DNA of 64,000 nt from a virus: the IMG/VR virus record IMGVR_UViG_3300046779_002349, positions 64,001 through 128,000 of that record; one strand, written 5' to 3'. Of this stretch, positions 46,656 to 57,033 are shown piece after piece; position 1 is the stretch's first letter; each line of letters opens with the position of its first letter. The notes under the pieces are model-generated. The model was not told the origin of the DNA. It did no database searches and saw nothing but the letters and a program-made list of their open reading frames with translations. The translations under genes and the position numbers were made by a program.

Positions 46656-46871
46656 TTAGCTCAACCGTTTCGTTATTGTTTCTACCGTATCTTTACTACG
46701 TAGAGAGCCTGTGAAGGTGTAGGGGAACTTTAGTTCTAGGCGAAGCTCTAGCAACATAATATCCAAGGAATCTAATCCAAGGGAGCCTAGACTTTTGTTT
46801 AAATCTAGATCTTTTGGCTGTATCCCCAGAATGTCGCATATCTGGCAAATAATAATAGTTTTTGTGTTCAT
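46656..46871 (-). CDS. acyl carrier protein-like
   Basis: IC.ILGI...L..LGLDSLD.M.LE..LE.KF; phosphopantetheine-attachment Ser motif; ATGA overlap start. Confidence 0.75.
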   Translation of the reverse strand: MNTKTIIICQICDILGIQPKDLDLNKSLGSLGLDSLDIMLLELRLELKFPYTFTGSLRSKDTVETITKRLS

Positions 46872-47341
46872 CTTTTTCTGCGTAGAGTCCACATAGCAAA
46901 ACCTAAACCAATAAGGAGTGTCTGGGAAGGTTCTGGAATAGCTACGGATTTAGGAACCCATACATTATCCTTATAGACAACTCCTCCTACTTGCACAGTA
47001 GCTTTTCCTACTACTGGGGTGGAAACAGTTTCAAAAATAAATGTAATTGGTCTTGAGCTATTGGATGTGGGATTCAACGTCCAAGAAATTGACTCATCCT
47101 CAATGGTTACTGGATAAACAACTGGTACTCTCACAAAGTCTATAACCACTGGACCATCGAAGAAAATATCAATATCCTCTAGATTGCCTACGTTGATGTT
47201 TCTAGGAGTGATCTGGTAGGAGTAACGAAATGTGCCAGGAACTACCTCGGATACGCTAGAATTGATGTACTGGTTAAATGTAGTTGTAACTGCTGAAAAA
47301 GCAGTTGTTACTGTAAAGAGTAGAATAGCTAAAGTTTTCAT
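46868..47341 (-). CDS. PEP-CTERM surface protein
   Basis: Signal peptide MKTLAILLFTVTTAFSA; C-terminus IPEPSQTLLIGLGFAMWTLRRKR. Confidence 0.85.
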   Translation of the reverse strand: MKTLAILLFTVTTAFSAVTTTFNQYINSSVSEVVPGTFRYSYQITPRNINVGNLEDIDIFFDGPVVIDFVRVPVVYPVTIEDESISWTLNPTSNSSRPITFIFETVSTPVVGKATVQVGGVVYKDNVWVPKSVAIPEPSQTLLIGLGFAMWTLRRKR

Positions 47342-47350
47342 GTGAGTCTG

Positions 47351-47379
47351 ATTATAAACCATGTACTCGATTTTAGCAA
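47351..47379 (-). promoter_or_regulatory. sigma70-like promoter
   Basis: TTGCTA-N17-TATAAT-N9-ATG. Confidence 0.65.
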
Positions 47380-47392
47380 CCCTGCATTAGAT

Positions 47393-47425
47393 AAAAAAAA
47401 AGCCAAGGTGTTACCCTTGGCTTTT
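47393..47425 (-). terminator. intrinsic terminator
   Basis: aaagccaagg/ccttggcttt hairpin plus T9. Confidence 0.85.
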
Positions 47426-47431
47426 CTGGTT

Positions 47432-47821
47432 TTAATACCTGATCGATCCTAGCCTGTCGTAGCATTTTTTATTACGGAGTTTAGCATCGATTAGAACTAT
47501 TTTCTTTCTACGTTTACCATACCAACGTTTTTCTCCATCTTCATCCAAGAATCGATTTGGGAACTCCCATTCTTCTTCTTTGACTCGCTGGGTTATAATT
47601 TTATTAAGTCGTTGTTGTACCCTAGCAGGAATTTTCAAAGATTTATTTCTCTCTTTCCATTCTGATTCGACGCGCCAACGAATGTGTTCTTCACAGAGTT
47701 TTACTAATTCTCCCTCATTGATTTCAATATCCATCCAATCTTCAACAAAGCCATTCCACATTTTGATATCTGGATTGCCTTTAATCTTTTGTAGTTTTTT
47801 GATTAGATCATTTTTTCTCAT
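47432..47821 (-). CDS. hypothetical protein
   Basis: 129-aa ORF (KGNPDI..WNGFV.DW). Confidence 0.6.
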   Translation of the reverse strand: MRKNDLIKKLQKIKGNPDIKMWNGFVEDWMDIEINEGELVKLCEEHIRWRVESEWKERNKSLKIPARVQQRLNKIITQRVKEEEWEFPNRFLDEDGEKRWYGKRRKKIVLIDAKLRNKKCYDRLGSIRY

Positions 47822-47836
47822 TCTGATTGGTCTCTT

Positions 47837-48028
47837 TCATAGGTTAGTAAACAGTCTAATAATACCTCCAATCAGCATAATTGTTGCGAGGCACGAGGCA
47901 ATAAATACGGCAATGCCTATCATGGCAGTTTTTAATCCGAAACCTAAAATCAGCACAGCCAACAATATAGCTACTGCTGGGAGCGTCATCAAAATTCCGA
48001 TTAATATGTCTTTTGTTTGATTTGTCAT
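47837..48028 (-). CDS. two-helix membrane protein
   Basis: Paralog of the C-terminal half of 48036..48422 (LPAVA.LL.VLILGFGLK). Confidence 0.6.
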   Translation of the reverse strand: MTNQTKDILIGILMTLPAVAILLAVLILGFGLKTAMIGIAVFIASCLATIMLIGGIIRLFTNL

Positions 48029-48035
48029 AATTTGT

Positions 48036-48422
48036 TTATTTTGATTTGTTATCTTCCCTACCCAGTAGGAGTGTCATTCCATAACCAAATGAAATTATTG
48101 CAGCACAAGCGGTAACCACGGCTGCAAACGCTAGTACAGTAGCTTTTAATCCGAAACCTAAGATCAGCACAGTTAATAATAGTGCTACTGCTGGAAGAAG
48201 CATCAAAACTCCTAGTAATTTTTTTTGTGTTTTTGTCATAATTTGTTTAGTTTGTTTTTTTAGTTCAATAACCTCATCTGTTAATTGAATCACAGCTTCC
48301 ATGGATTCTTTATATAGAGACTGCTGCAACTTATATAAATCTCTTCTAAAAGCTAAATCTTCTTTTGTTGTTTGAAGCTCTTTTTTGAGGAGTTCAATCT
48401 CTTCTAGTAGTTTATCACTCAT
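48036..48422 (-). CDS. coiled-coil plus membrane protein (possible fusion)
   Basis: Internal MTKTQ start mirrors the start of the neighbouring paralog. Confidence 0.55.
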   Translation of the reverse strand: MSDKLLEEIELLKKELQTTKEDLAFRRDLYKLQQSLYKESMEAVIQLTDEVIELKKQTKQIMTKTQKKLLGVLMLLPAVALLLTVLILGFGLKATVLAFAAVVTACAAIISFGYGMTLLLGREDNKSK

Positions 48423-50484
48423 ACTTCTTTAGTAATTGTTCTGCTTCTTCTAAAGCCTTTCTTGTATTTTCTACTACAGGACATTCTTTATCATCCGCAT
48501 GATACTCATTTTTGCTATGGTGTAACTCATTGCAGGAGAGATTTCTTGGAAATACTTTGATTAGTTTTCTCAATGCAGTTTCCATCTCTCCTAATTGAGC
48601 TGAAGCGGTTTTTAATTTTTCGTTTTGTTTATTAACTTTGTCGAGCTCGCAAAAAGGACATTCTTGTGGGGACCACCCATCTGTAATTGTTTCAGAATCG
48701 CAAGCACCACAGATCGCATGATATTTACCCATTTGTGGTTCCTTTCACTTCTGCTAAAGCTTTATCCGCAATCTCTGCACATGCCTGTTGGCTGTGGTGT
48801 CTTTTAGAAATTTCGATTAGTGCATCTTCTAAAATACTAAAATTCTTTTTAGTGTCTAAAAGTTCGTGTTTGAGTTTGTTTAACTGCGCGTCCTTTGCTG
48901 TTACTGGGCATGTGTGAAAATACATTGAAGGATATTGAGTCCCACAGTTATTACAGGTGATGAGGTCTGGTTTTGATGGGTCGTGTATATATAGCATTGG
49001 TTTATTTAATCGATTTTTATTTTTAGTTTCTTTGCTTGATCTTTTAACTCCTGCATTTGTTTTTGAATCGCATAGACTTGATAAGCCGCTAAATCTTTTT
49101 CATATTTTACCATCCTTGCTTTGTACTCTTTCAGCAGTTTACGATAATCTCTAGCGTGCTCTTTGTACACACGGATATCGTGAGCATAATCTGCTTGCTC
49201 TAGTGCAATTTGATTTTTGTGTTTATATTTTTTCTTTACGATATAAACAACGCCACCCCAAAAAACAATTTCTTCGTTGGAGTACTTTTCTTTAATTTGT
49301 TGCAGTTTTACTATAATACTTTCCACTGTGGTTTTTTTCTCCTGCTCTGCCCTGTAAACCGCTTTGTAACTTACTGTGTACTCCAAAGGTTTAGTGCGTG
49401 GTTTACTTGGTGGATAAGGTTTAATTGGTTTTATAGGCTTGTCCATTTTGTTTTATATTAATTTTGTTAAGGCATTTTGGGCAATAAGCTGATTTCATAT
49501 CTGGTGTGTATTTGGTCCTTCTGTGATTGAAAGACCATCGAGCTTTATCGGGAATCCAAAACTTGATGTTTTTACACCCACACACGAAACCTCTTTCATT
49601 ACGGTTTTCGCATGTGGGTGTAAGGAATTGTTGGCTCATTAATCTACAGGGATTGTTTTATTAGCCGTATCCCGAATATCGATGAGAATTGCAGCTAATT
49701 TCTCAGTAGACTTACTTTCTCCAGGAGTATAGTGATAGAGGTAGCTACTCGCTTTAGAGTAAATCTCTTGTAACTTAGTCGCATACAAATCCCTCTGGTC
49801 TTTAATTGATTTTATTTTCAAATCAATGAGGATATCTACTTCTGGTTGATATTCAGTCATACCGACACCACCAACCGTTTTACTCAGCATAGCAAAAGAG
49901 GCTGCACGTTCCTCACTTACGGTTCTGTGAGCTCTCTGCCATTTTTCTACTTCGCTTGGTAATGTAGTTCCTTTATGCTGCATAAGAGCTTTCCTTGCTT
50001 TGTCTAGCTCGGATTTAAGTTCCTCTATCTGAGAGACTAGCTGTTTAGCAGCATCAACAACGTCAGGGGTTTCTGCAGTGTCTAATTCTTTAACTTTTTT
50101 CAGAGTTTCATCAATTTCTTCCATAATAATAATCTTTGGTTCGTGGTACTTAACTAGTTCTCTTGCTTTAAGGATTGCCGTAATTAGTAAATCCTTCTGC
50201 TTGGTAAGTGTCTCGTTTTCTTTATATTCAGCAGAATACTCCTGAGCAAGTTGTTTTACTAACTCGGGTAGATTTTCTTCTGTGTGATTGGGAACGTAAC
50301 TGCAAGGAATCTGATAAAGAGTATCTTTCAATATCTTTCTAAGGCGAGTTAGTTCCTGTTCTCGCTCGACTACAGAAATATTAGGATGCGACTCATGCAA
50401 TTTTTTTATCTCTTCTGGAAAGAGTCTATGAAAAGAATCTTCCCCGTCTTTGGAAATATTTACAGCTTCAATTTGTGTACTCAT
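48415..50484 (-). other. five hypothetical genes (48415..48732, 48725..48997, 49006..49446, 49421..49639, 49639..50484), Zn-ribbon and coiled-coil types
   Basis: CxxC pairs (CGAC/CPFC, CNNC, CPKC) and heptad patterns; packed co-oriented ORFs. Confidence 0.55.
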
Positions 50485-50492
50485 GTTATAGC

Positions 50493-50861
50493 TTATTTGT
50501 TAAATATTACGTAGGTTATACATAGCGTAGATATATGAATAAATTGGTCAAAACCAATTACCGTGAAGAACGCATGAATTTTATTTTTTTGGTATAGGGT
50601 GCTTGTCAAACGACTGGTACCATAATCAGTAATAAAATGTGCAATAGCGTTTACAACAGTCCATGCAATTCCCAATACTATATTCTCGTAAAAATTAAAT
50701 GCGGAAAACACAAACAATCCGAGGAAATAAATAAAAACATGGTAAGCTAAAGCTAAATTAGATTTGCTTTTGTTATTAGCCATATTACGTGTTTGTAAGA
50801 CAAAGTCAAACAACCAATGAATAAACAGTAGTGTAATTAATTTAGTTAGGTCAATAGTCAT
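50493..50861 (-). CDS. DUF3307-family membrane protein
   Basis: HWLFDFVLQ, H..IY, HFITD and DQFIH motifs. Confidence 0.8.
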   Translation of the reverse strand: MTIDLTKLITLLFIHWLFDFVLQTRNMANNKSKSNLALAYHVFIYFLGLFVFSAFNFYENIVLGIAWTVVNAIAHFITDYGTSRLTSTLYQKNKIHAFFTVIGFDQFIHISTLCITYVIFNK

Positions 50862-50865
50862 AATT

Positions 50866-51003
50866 TTATTTTAGGGTTAACTTCTTCATCCCAGCGTCTG
50901 TGAAAAGAAGACTGGTATCCTCGTTGTCTTCAATTAGCTGATCTATTACTTCAGCTAGTTGATCTAATCTGTGCTCGTTGTAGTTGAAATGTCCTCCACT
51001 CAT
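50866..51003 (-). CDS. 45-aa ORF (not in track), possibly truncated
   Basis: Manual translation MSGGHFNYNEHRLDQLAEVIDQLIEDN... Confidence 0.4.
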   Translation of the reverse strand: MSGGHFNYNEHRLDQLAEVIDQLIEDNEDTSLLFTDAGMKKLTLK

Positions 51004-51012
51004 AACGCGTTA

Positions 51013-51426
51013 TTAAAAATTACGAACGCCATAGATTCTTACTTCGCGTTCGTGTAGCTTATAGGTTTCCAGTTTTCTTTTAATTGATCGTGTGTAATAA
51101 TTTCCGTCATTACCTTCATATTCCTCCTCTTCCCCAGTTTCCTCAGTGTCGAAGATTCTCTCAACAGGATAAAAGGAACCTAATCCGTATTTGACTGTTT
51201 TATTAAATTCTTTTTCGAATTTGTAATCAACATGTGTTCCATTGTAAAATGCCACTTTATTTTCATCTCGGAACATACGACGATCTTTGATGTCGTAATT
51301 TCTTGAAGAGGTATAATTATTGTTATACTTCTGACGAATTTGAATTAACTGGTCGTCTCCTGATAGGATGTTGCAAAACTCGTCCCATGTAATTTCTTTT
51401 TCGATTATCTTATGTGGTTCGCTCAT
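51013..51426 (-). CDS. hypothetical protein
   Basis: 137-aa ORF. Confidence 0.6.
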   Translation of the reverse strand: MSEPHKIIEKEITWDEFCNILSGDDQLIQIRQKYNNNYTSSRNYDIKDRRMFRDENKVAFYNGTHVDYKFEKEFNKTVKYGLGSFYPVERIFDTEETGEEEEYEGNDGNYYTRSIKRKLETYKLHEREVRIYGVRNF

Positions 51427-51602
51427 GATCTATTAGCAAATATGTTTGATACAATAATAGATACGCCTAAAGCAATACAATACCATACTGCTTGTGAATA
51501 AGATAAATTTTCACTAAGCAGTACGGTAATTAAAATTGCAAAAGGAGTCGTAAGTATAATAAACGTAGGTAAAATCTTAATTAATAATCTCAGAATGGTC
51601 AT
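51423..51602 (-). CDS. 59-aa membrane protein (not in track)
   Basis: Manual translation MTILRLLIKILPTFIILTTPFAILITVLL...; ATGA overlap. Confidence 0.55.
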   Translation of the reverse strand: MTILRLLIKILPTFIILTTPFAILITVLLSENLSYSQAVWYCIALGVSIIVSNIFANRS

Positions 51603-51604
51603 AG

Positions 51605-52870
51605 TTACTTGCTCCCAAGTAAGTTATACCCTCCTGTCTTTTGTGCCAAGTCAAAATTTCTGTCTACGAAATCAATGACTTCTTTAGGATCTATGTCTCT
51701 TGGAAAGATGATATTCGGGCCGTGATTATCCAACATGACCGCCTTCAAGTTTCCAAATTGTTTCAATCCGTCACTAGTCTGTTGCCCACATTGATGTGAA
51801 CCACATTCTACCTCTCTCTGAGATTTGATGGGTATTTCATCTGGGTGATTATCCTTTAGAGGTGAATGAAAGTGGAGTACACAATCATATCCAGTATGAT
51901 CTCTAAAGATTATTCTCTGGCTTTGACCGCCCACACTAGGCTTTGCTCCATAAGCTAAAACAGTATCCGCAGAATCGCTTCTTACATATACTAACCCAAC
52001 CTCAGCTAAATTGTTGAAATTGGATTTTCTAATAGATGTAAGGAATTCAGTATCGGAAAGCTTTACAGCAAAATGACCTACTGTGGAATCTCCAAAGGGT
52101 TTATAAGCATCGTGTTTAATACAATGCTCAACGGCTGTTCTTAATGAATCAGGAACTCGTTCGTCGCTCCAAGGAACTGGACTACCTTCTACAACGGTGG
52201 AGCGAGTAAAGGTTAGTTGAGAACGGTAGAAAACCATATCAACTAAACCTCTCAGTACTTCATCCCTGTCGTTTGTTTCGTGATACGCAGCTTCTTCTGG
52301 TGTAACAATCATGTTCCACCGAGTTTTCGTATCATTCACTAAGACTAGGTTGCATGAGCTTTTCTTGCAAAGATACAGTCCTTTTTCATACATCTCTTGT
52401 TTAGAAGCTCCACATGTAGTTTTAAAAGCTACAAGAGTAATGTCCTTTCTCTCTTTACGGAATACATCAACTACTTTTTCCTTATTGGGAACAAGCTGTG
52501 CATCATATGTATTCGCTGAGTTTAGTCTTCCTGAGTACTTTGGATTCTCACCTTCCCTTAGTTCAGGAGCGTTTACTACCATATTAAAATCACATACTGC
52601 AGGACACCAAATAACAATTTTTGTCATAGGGTCGGCTACAATATTTTCTGCTAATTTTTTGAGGTCTGTAGGACTTTGTAAATGATGTGCTCCTCCAGCC
52701 ATGGACGTAAGGTGTAACTCTACATCCATTTTATCGAACCGCTCTTTACAGAACTGTTCTAGTTTTCTGGCTGTTGTACCAAAAGCAGGAGCACAAAGAC
52801 CAAGATGGCAGCTGCTATGGGCTACAGTTCCACCACCTACAATATGTATTTTTTTGTTATGATTGTTCAT
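51605..52870 (-). CDS. CoaB-like domain fused to class II aldolase/adducin-like domain
   Basis: IVGGGT, G.TA..L, PAVCDF, LVAFK and LVLVND (CoaB-like); GHFAVK, FLTS, KPS, VLHFH and NHG (aldolase II-like). Confidence 0.65.
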   Translation of the reverse strand: MNNHNKKIHIVGGGTVAHSSCHLGLCAPAFGTTARKLEQFCKERFDKMDVELHLTSMAGGAHHLQSPTDLKKLAENIVADPMTKIVIWCPAVCDFNMVVNAPELREGENPKYSGRLNSANTYDAQLVPNKEKVVDVFRKERKDITLVAFKTTCGASKQEMYEKGLYLCKKSSCNLVLVNDTKTRWNMIVTPEEAAYHETNDRDEVLRGLVDMVFYRSQLTFTRSTVVEGSPVPWSDERVPDSLRTAVEHCIKHDAYKPFGDSTVGHFAVKLSDTEFLTSIRKSNFNNLAEVGLVYVRSDSADTVLAYGAKPSVGGQSQRIIFRDHTGYDCVLHFHSPLKDNHPDEIPIKSQREVECGSHQCGQQTSDGLKQFGNLKAVMLDNHGPNIIFPRDIDPKEVIDFVDRNFDLAQKTGGYNLLGSK

Positions 52871-52887
52871 GATATTACAGTATAGTT

Positions 52888-54577
52888 TTACTTCTCTTGA
52901 ATTGTATAGCGTTCAGTGAATGCCGTCATGGGAACATCGGCAGTTTCTTTTTTGCCATCCCATTTAAATCGAACTCTCATAGTATTTGCGCTAAGGTTCA
53001 ACTGAATAACCTCGGCTTCTACAAGAAAAAATTTAGTGTAGGAATCCATATTGGTTGCTTTTCCACTGGAATCATATTCAGGAATCCAGTCAGGATCACG
53101 TAACCGTAAGTTTACTTTAACTATTGGAAATTGCATATTGTTAAAAAATACCAGTGGGTAGTCCACCATTCATTTTATTTAATGTATGTTTTTCCTCAAT
53201 AACAACAATTCTACGCTGTTCTTTTTCTTTGAGTTTATCAATATTATCCGCACGTTCTAAAGCTTTTTGTGCGGCTCGTCTCAATTGCTCTGCCGTAGCA
53301 AAACCAGCACTCATGCCAATATGCACTTCTTCGTTAGCTTCAAACTCGTCAACCACCTTGCCGTCACTACGCACAAGTTGAGTGTGAGGGTAAGGTGATG
53401 GTCTTTCCCGAAGCGCATAAAAATAGCCTTCGGCAAATTGCTTGTTTAAATTCTTTTTAAATGTAACCCAAGGCTCTTTATACTCGGGATAATAAGATCT
53501 GATGCTGTATGTGTATTTGTTCATGTTATTCCTCTAAGATTCCAAGTTCAACAGTGTCACTAAGGTCATATAAAACTCGTAGCATTTTATCTGGTTTATA
53601 CCATTCCACACCCTTATCAAACCGCATTCTATAATTTTCGTTTTTCATAATATCAGCGGGATGAGGGATTCGTTCTGCCAAGTCGTCGTGTTTTAGATAG
53701 CCAATAATTTTAACTTTTGGTTGATTGGAAACGATAACAGCATCTCTGATTTTCTCAATTGCTGTAGCTCGTGTCCAATCTTTTGCTGGATCTTCTTTCA
53801 AGATTTCCAGCGCTCTATAATAGGCATCATCGTAGGAGGGAACATGCCCAGATAAAATGAAATCAATTATGTCTTTTACTTCGTTAATTTTTAAAGTTTT
53901 CATTTTATATTTGTACTTCTGGGCATTCTTTCATCCCATTCGATTTGGATCTTGATTCTGTCTACATAATTGGACAGTCTAAATGCCATTACCGATCTAC
54001 GTCTTTCTGCTGCTGTTTCTGGTGGAATGCCTACCGCAGTCAATAGTTCTATCATAGATTTTTTTGTAAGGGCTTCTAGCCCTACTTGATGATTCGCGGG
54101 TTCATACGTTTGGATATGGCTCTCTTCATTCATGATTGAAGTGTAATGTAGTTTTTAATCACTTAAATAAAGAGCTAGCGTAAAAAATGCGGAGGCTATA
54201 AATCCTACGACACAGACTCCAGTTAAACTACCCAGTGTTACAATAACTACTGCATCCATAAAGGTAGTTGGGATTTCTATACCATAATTAACGCATCCTC
54301 CAGCCATTCCAAGCAAGGAAAGTATAGCGAAAATACCACTAACCATAATCAATTTTTTTATATGTTTGTTCATTGTTTTATTTAAGTATCATTGTCTTTG
54401 TCTGATTATGTCCGCTAATGTGTCAGGCATATAAACATCACATGGGTAGAAATCAGCACTATTAACTGGCGGGGTTGTAATTATAGTCATTAAAATTTTT
54501 AATAACTCTTCTTTACTTAGACTATTTAAATATTCTTCGGTTACGCCGCTATACGAGTCTTTTAAGGATTTACTCAT
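52888..54577 (-). other. six hypothetical genes (52888..53169, 53141..53524, 53526..53903, 53900..54133, 54155..54373 membrane, 54389..54577)
   Basis: Packed co-oriented ORFs with no recognised motif. Confidence 0.55.
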
Positions 54578-54954
54578 GCTTTTAATAATTCAGGATTTTC
54601 CATAATATTTCCGATGACTTCTCCATTAGCGCAAAGGCGAAAATGTTCTATTCTAGGGTGATGATATTTGTTGTAATAAGGACATACTGCCACCCATTGA
54701 AACGACTCAAATCTAATCTCAAATCTTAAATCATTCTGCCTCAAAATATCACCTTCAAAGATCATTTTTCCATTCTTGTCGGGCAGCCCAGTACACATTT
54801 CTATAACGAAACGGTCAGCTCCGCATACCTTTACAATATCTAAATTCAACTTGCTTACCATAACACCATCTTGTTTTTCCAGATGGTGCACACACGGTGT
54901 GTTATAAGTTTTCAACTCGCTATCCCAAACTCTAAATTTTAGATCTCTATTCAT
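54574..54954 (-). CDS. YopX family protein
   Basis: KFRVWD..TGL.DKNGK.IFEGDIL..EVIGNIMENPELL. Confidence 0.9.
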   Translation of the reverse strand: MNRDLKFRVWDSELKTYNTPCVHHLEKQDGVMVSKLNLDIVKVCGADRFVIEMCTGLPDKNGKMIFEGDILRQNDLRFEIRFESFQWVAVCPYYNKYHHPRIEHFRLCANGEVIGNIMENPELLKA

Positions 54955-55328
54955 ATATACAGACTAGTGTTTTCCATCATGTTTCCAGCAACCTCGTATT
55001 GATCAAACCAATCCCCAGTGTTGCCGCCATTTTCTTTCGTGATTCTCCACATACCTTTATCTGTGTCCATATAGACCGCCCAATAGAGTGGACCGAAGCC
55101 AATATCATATTTGAGGATATCACCTTCAAATATTTTCTTTCCGTTTTTGTCATATAATCCCGTCCATTGCTCAAATACGCAATCAGACGCTTCTATATTT
55201 GGGTTGCTTGCCAGACTATTCAAAACACCTACATAGCGTAATCCTGTCGCTTCTGAATTATTATACTGTTTCAGATATGCTCCGATACTTTTGATCCATA
55301 CTCGAAATTCTTTTTTCATAGTTGTCAT
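54951..55328 (-). CDS. YopX family protein
   Basis: EFRVW..QWTGLYDKNGKKIFEGDIL..EVAGN.MEN. Confidence 0.9.
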   Translation of the reverse strand: MTTMKKEFRVWIKSIGAYLKQYNNSEATGLRYVGVLNSLASNPNIEASDCVFEQWTGLYDKNGKKIFEGDILKYDIGFGPLYWAVYMDTDKGMWRITKENGGNTGDWFDQYEVAGNMMENTSLYI

Positions 55329-55774
55329 ATTTCAGGGTTTTCCATAATGTTTCCGATAATTTTAGCGTAGGTCCAATATTCTTTTCTCGTTGGAGTGTCG
55401 CTAAACCCATAAAGATCGTATGGACAATCGTCAGGATAATCCTTCTCAGTCCCTTTTGATAGGTTGAACGCCCCCTCCCAAAAAACAACTTCTCCGACTG
55501 ACTTGATCTTTTTATTGAAATGCCACGGACACTCTAAAATATCGCCTTCAAATATTTTCTTTCCATTCTTGTCAAGAAGCCCAGTCCACAATTGAATAGT
55601 AAACTCAGAGTCATCTTTGTGTTTATGAAAATGTTTTCCGTCATTTGTGACATATTCGCATAGCTTACCAGTAAAAATATCAATACTATAGTCGCTCCAC
55701 AAATGAGTGCTTGTCACCTCGTTGTGCAACCAACTTCTTGTTCTGTGACACCATACTCTAAATTCTTTTTTCAT
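55325..55774 (-). CDS. YopX family protein
   Basis: EFRVW..TGLLDKNGKKIFEGDIL..IIGNIMENPE. Confidence 0.9.
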   Translation of the reverse strand: MKKEFRVWCHRTRSWLHNEVTSTHLWSDYSIDIFTGKLCEYVTNDGKHFHKHKDDSEFTIQLWTGLLDKNGKKIFEGDILECPWHFNKKIKSVGEVVFWEGAFNLSKGTEKDYPDDCPYDLYGFSDTPTRKEYWTYAKIIGNIMENPEI

Positions 55775-56160
55775 TGTTGCTCGTTTGTTAGTAACTCAGG
55801 ATTTTCCATAATGTTTCCGATGACTTCAATATCTTCTCCGCTCCAAACACCTCTGATGTCGTTCTTGCTTATCCAAGTTAAGAAGTTTCCGTCATCAAAA
55901 ATAACTTTTCCTACGAAGTTTTCATTTTCGTAGTCATCACTATAGGCTCTGACAATATCTCCTTCAAAGATCTTCTGTCCATACTTGTCCGCTGCACCAG
56001 TCGAGCATTGAACAACTAGAGCATCGTCTGCAATACTAAATATACTTAACCCGCCAAGGTCTGTTGATTTTACGAGGGAATATAAATAAATCAAGTCTGA
56101 AGGCTCGCTACTTAAAAATCGTCCTCGTGATTTGTCCCAAACTCTAAATTCTTTTTTCAT
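55771..56160 (-). CDS. YopX family protein
   Basis: EFRVWD..STG..DK.G.KIFEGDIV..EVIGNIMENPELL. Confidence 0.9.
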   Translation of the reverse strand: MKKEFRVWDKSRGRFLSSEPSDLIYLYSLVKSTDLGGLSIFSIADDALVVQCSTGAADKYGQKIFEGDIVRAYSDDYENENFVGKVIFDDGNFLTWISKNDIRGVWSGEDIEVIGNIMENPELLTNEQQ

Positions 56161-56161
56161 A

Positions 56162-56320
56162 TTATTTTTTTCCTTTTACGTATGAGAGAATAAGTCCAAT
56201 TCCATATGCTGTTGCTATGGTGAGTAAAGCTACCTCCATAGAAGTAAGTACTGCAAGTACCTTTCCTAATAGTACAATTCCGAAAAGTAATTTTGCGTCG
56301 TTATAAAGTTCGTCTTTCAT
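56162..56320 (-). CDS. 52-aa membrane protein (not in track)
   Basis: Manual translation MKDELYNDAKLLFGIVLLGKVLAVL...; ATGA overlap. Confidence 0.5.
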   Translation of the reverse strand: MKDELYNDAKLLFGIVLLGKVLAVLTSMEVALLTIATAYGIGLILSYVKGKK

Positions 56321-56565
56321 TTTGTTTTGTCTGTAAATCGTATAACTTGTAATGCATATTCTGCGGCATCATGTCGGGAAGCAAATCCGCATACAGGACC
56401 ATCTAACCCCATAGACACACTTGGCACGCATGCCCATTTATTTTGTGACAGTTTAAATATTTGCGCGATTAGAAAATTATCTAAGTAAAAACAATGTCTA
56501 TTTCCATTTACTTTAAATTTCCAATCTCTAATTTCGCCTTTATATTCTGAAAAATATTTTCCCAT
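56317..56565 (-). CDS. hypothetical protein
   Basis: 82-aa ORF. Confidence 0.55.
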   Translation of the reverse strand: MGKYFSEYKGEIRDWKFKVNGNRHCFYLDNFLIAQIFKLSQNKWACVPSVSMGLDGPVCGFASRHDAAEYALQVIRFTDKTK

Positions 56566-56614
56566 ACCTATTTACTCTATATTTTAATGTCGGTCCGCAT
56601 TTTTATTTGATTGT

Positions 56615-57019
56615 TTATTTTGATTTATCGTACAATTTTCTAGATGCGTCAATCCATCTTTGTCTATACTTAGCGCTATCTTTACCAAACATGCTGCCTT
56701 GATCTGTGCATCTACCCCATTTATTTTTTAGGATAAACGAACAGTAATAAGCCTCTTCTCCGATAGCTTCTGCGTCTAGTCTGATTTGTTCCATCTCCTG
56801 TGCAAACTCACGAATAATATCTTTCCATTTGATATGACATTCGAATCCGTAGCGTAGATTACACAGGTCTTTTAACCCATTTGGGTACAGCTCTTTATCG
56901 AGTTTTTCTGGAGAGAAGTATTCTAATACCTCAGGACTGAGCTCTAGGAATATTTTTGGAAACTCCTGAGCTAAATCCATCCATTCTTCATCTATGTTGT
57001 TTATATGAAATTCTATCAT
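56615..57019 (-). CDS. hypothetical protein
   Basis: GFEC...W..II..K.KWG; start moved to MIEFH to avoid overlap. Confidence 0.55.
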   Translation of the reverse strand: MIEFHINNIDEEWMDLAQEFPKIFLELSPEVLEYFSPEKLDKELYPNGLKDLCNLRYGFECHIKWKDIIREFAQEMEQIRLDAEAIGEEAYYCSFILKNKWGRCTDQGSMFGKDSAKYRQRWIDASRKLYDKSK

Positions 57020-57033
57020 ATGTAATAATTGGT

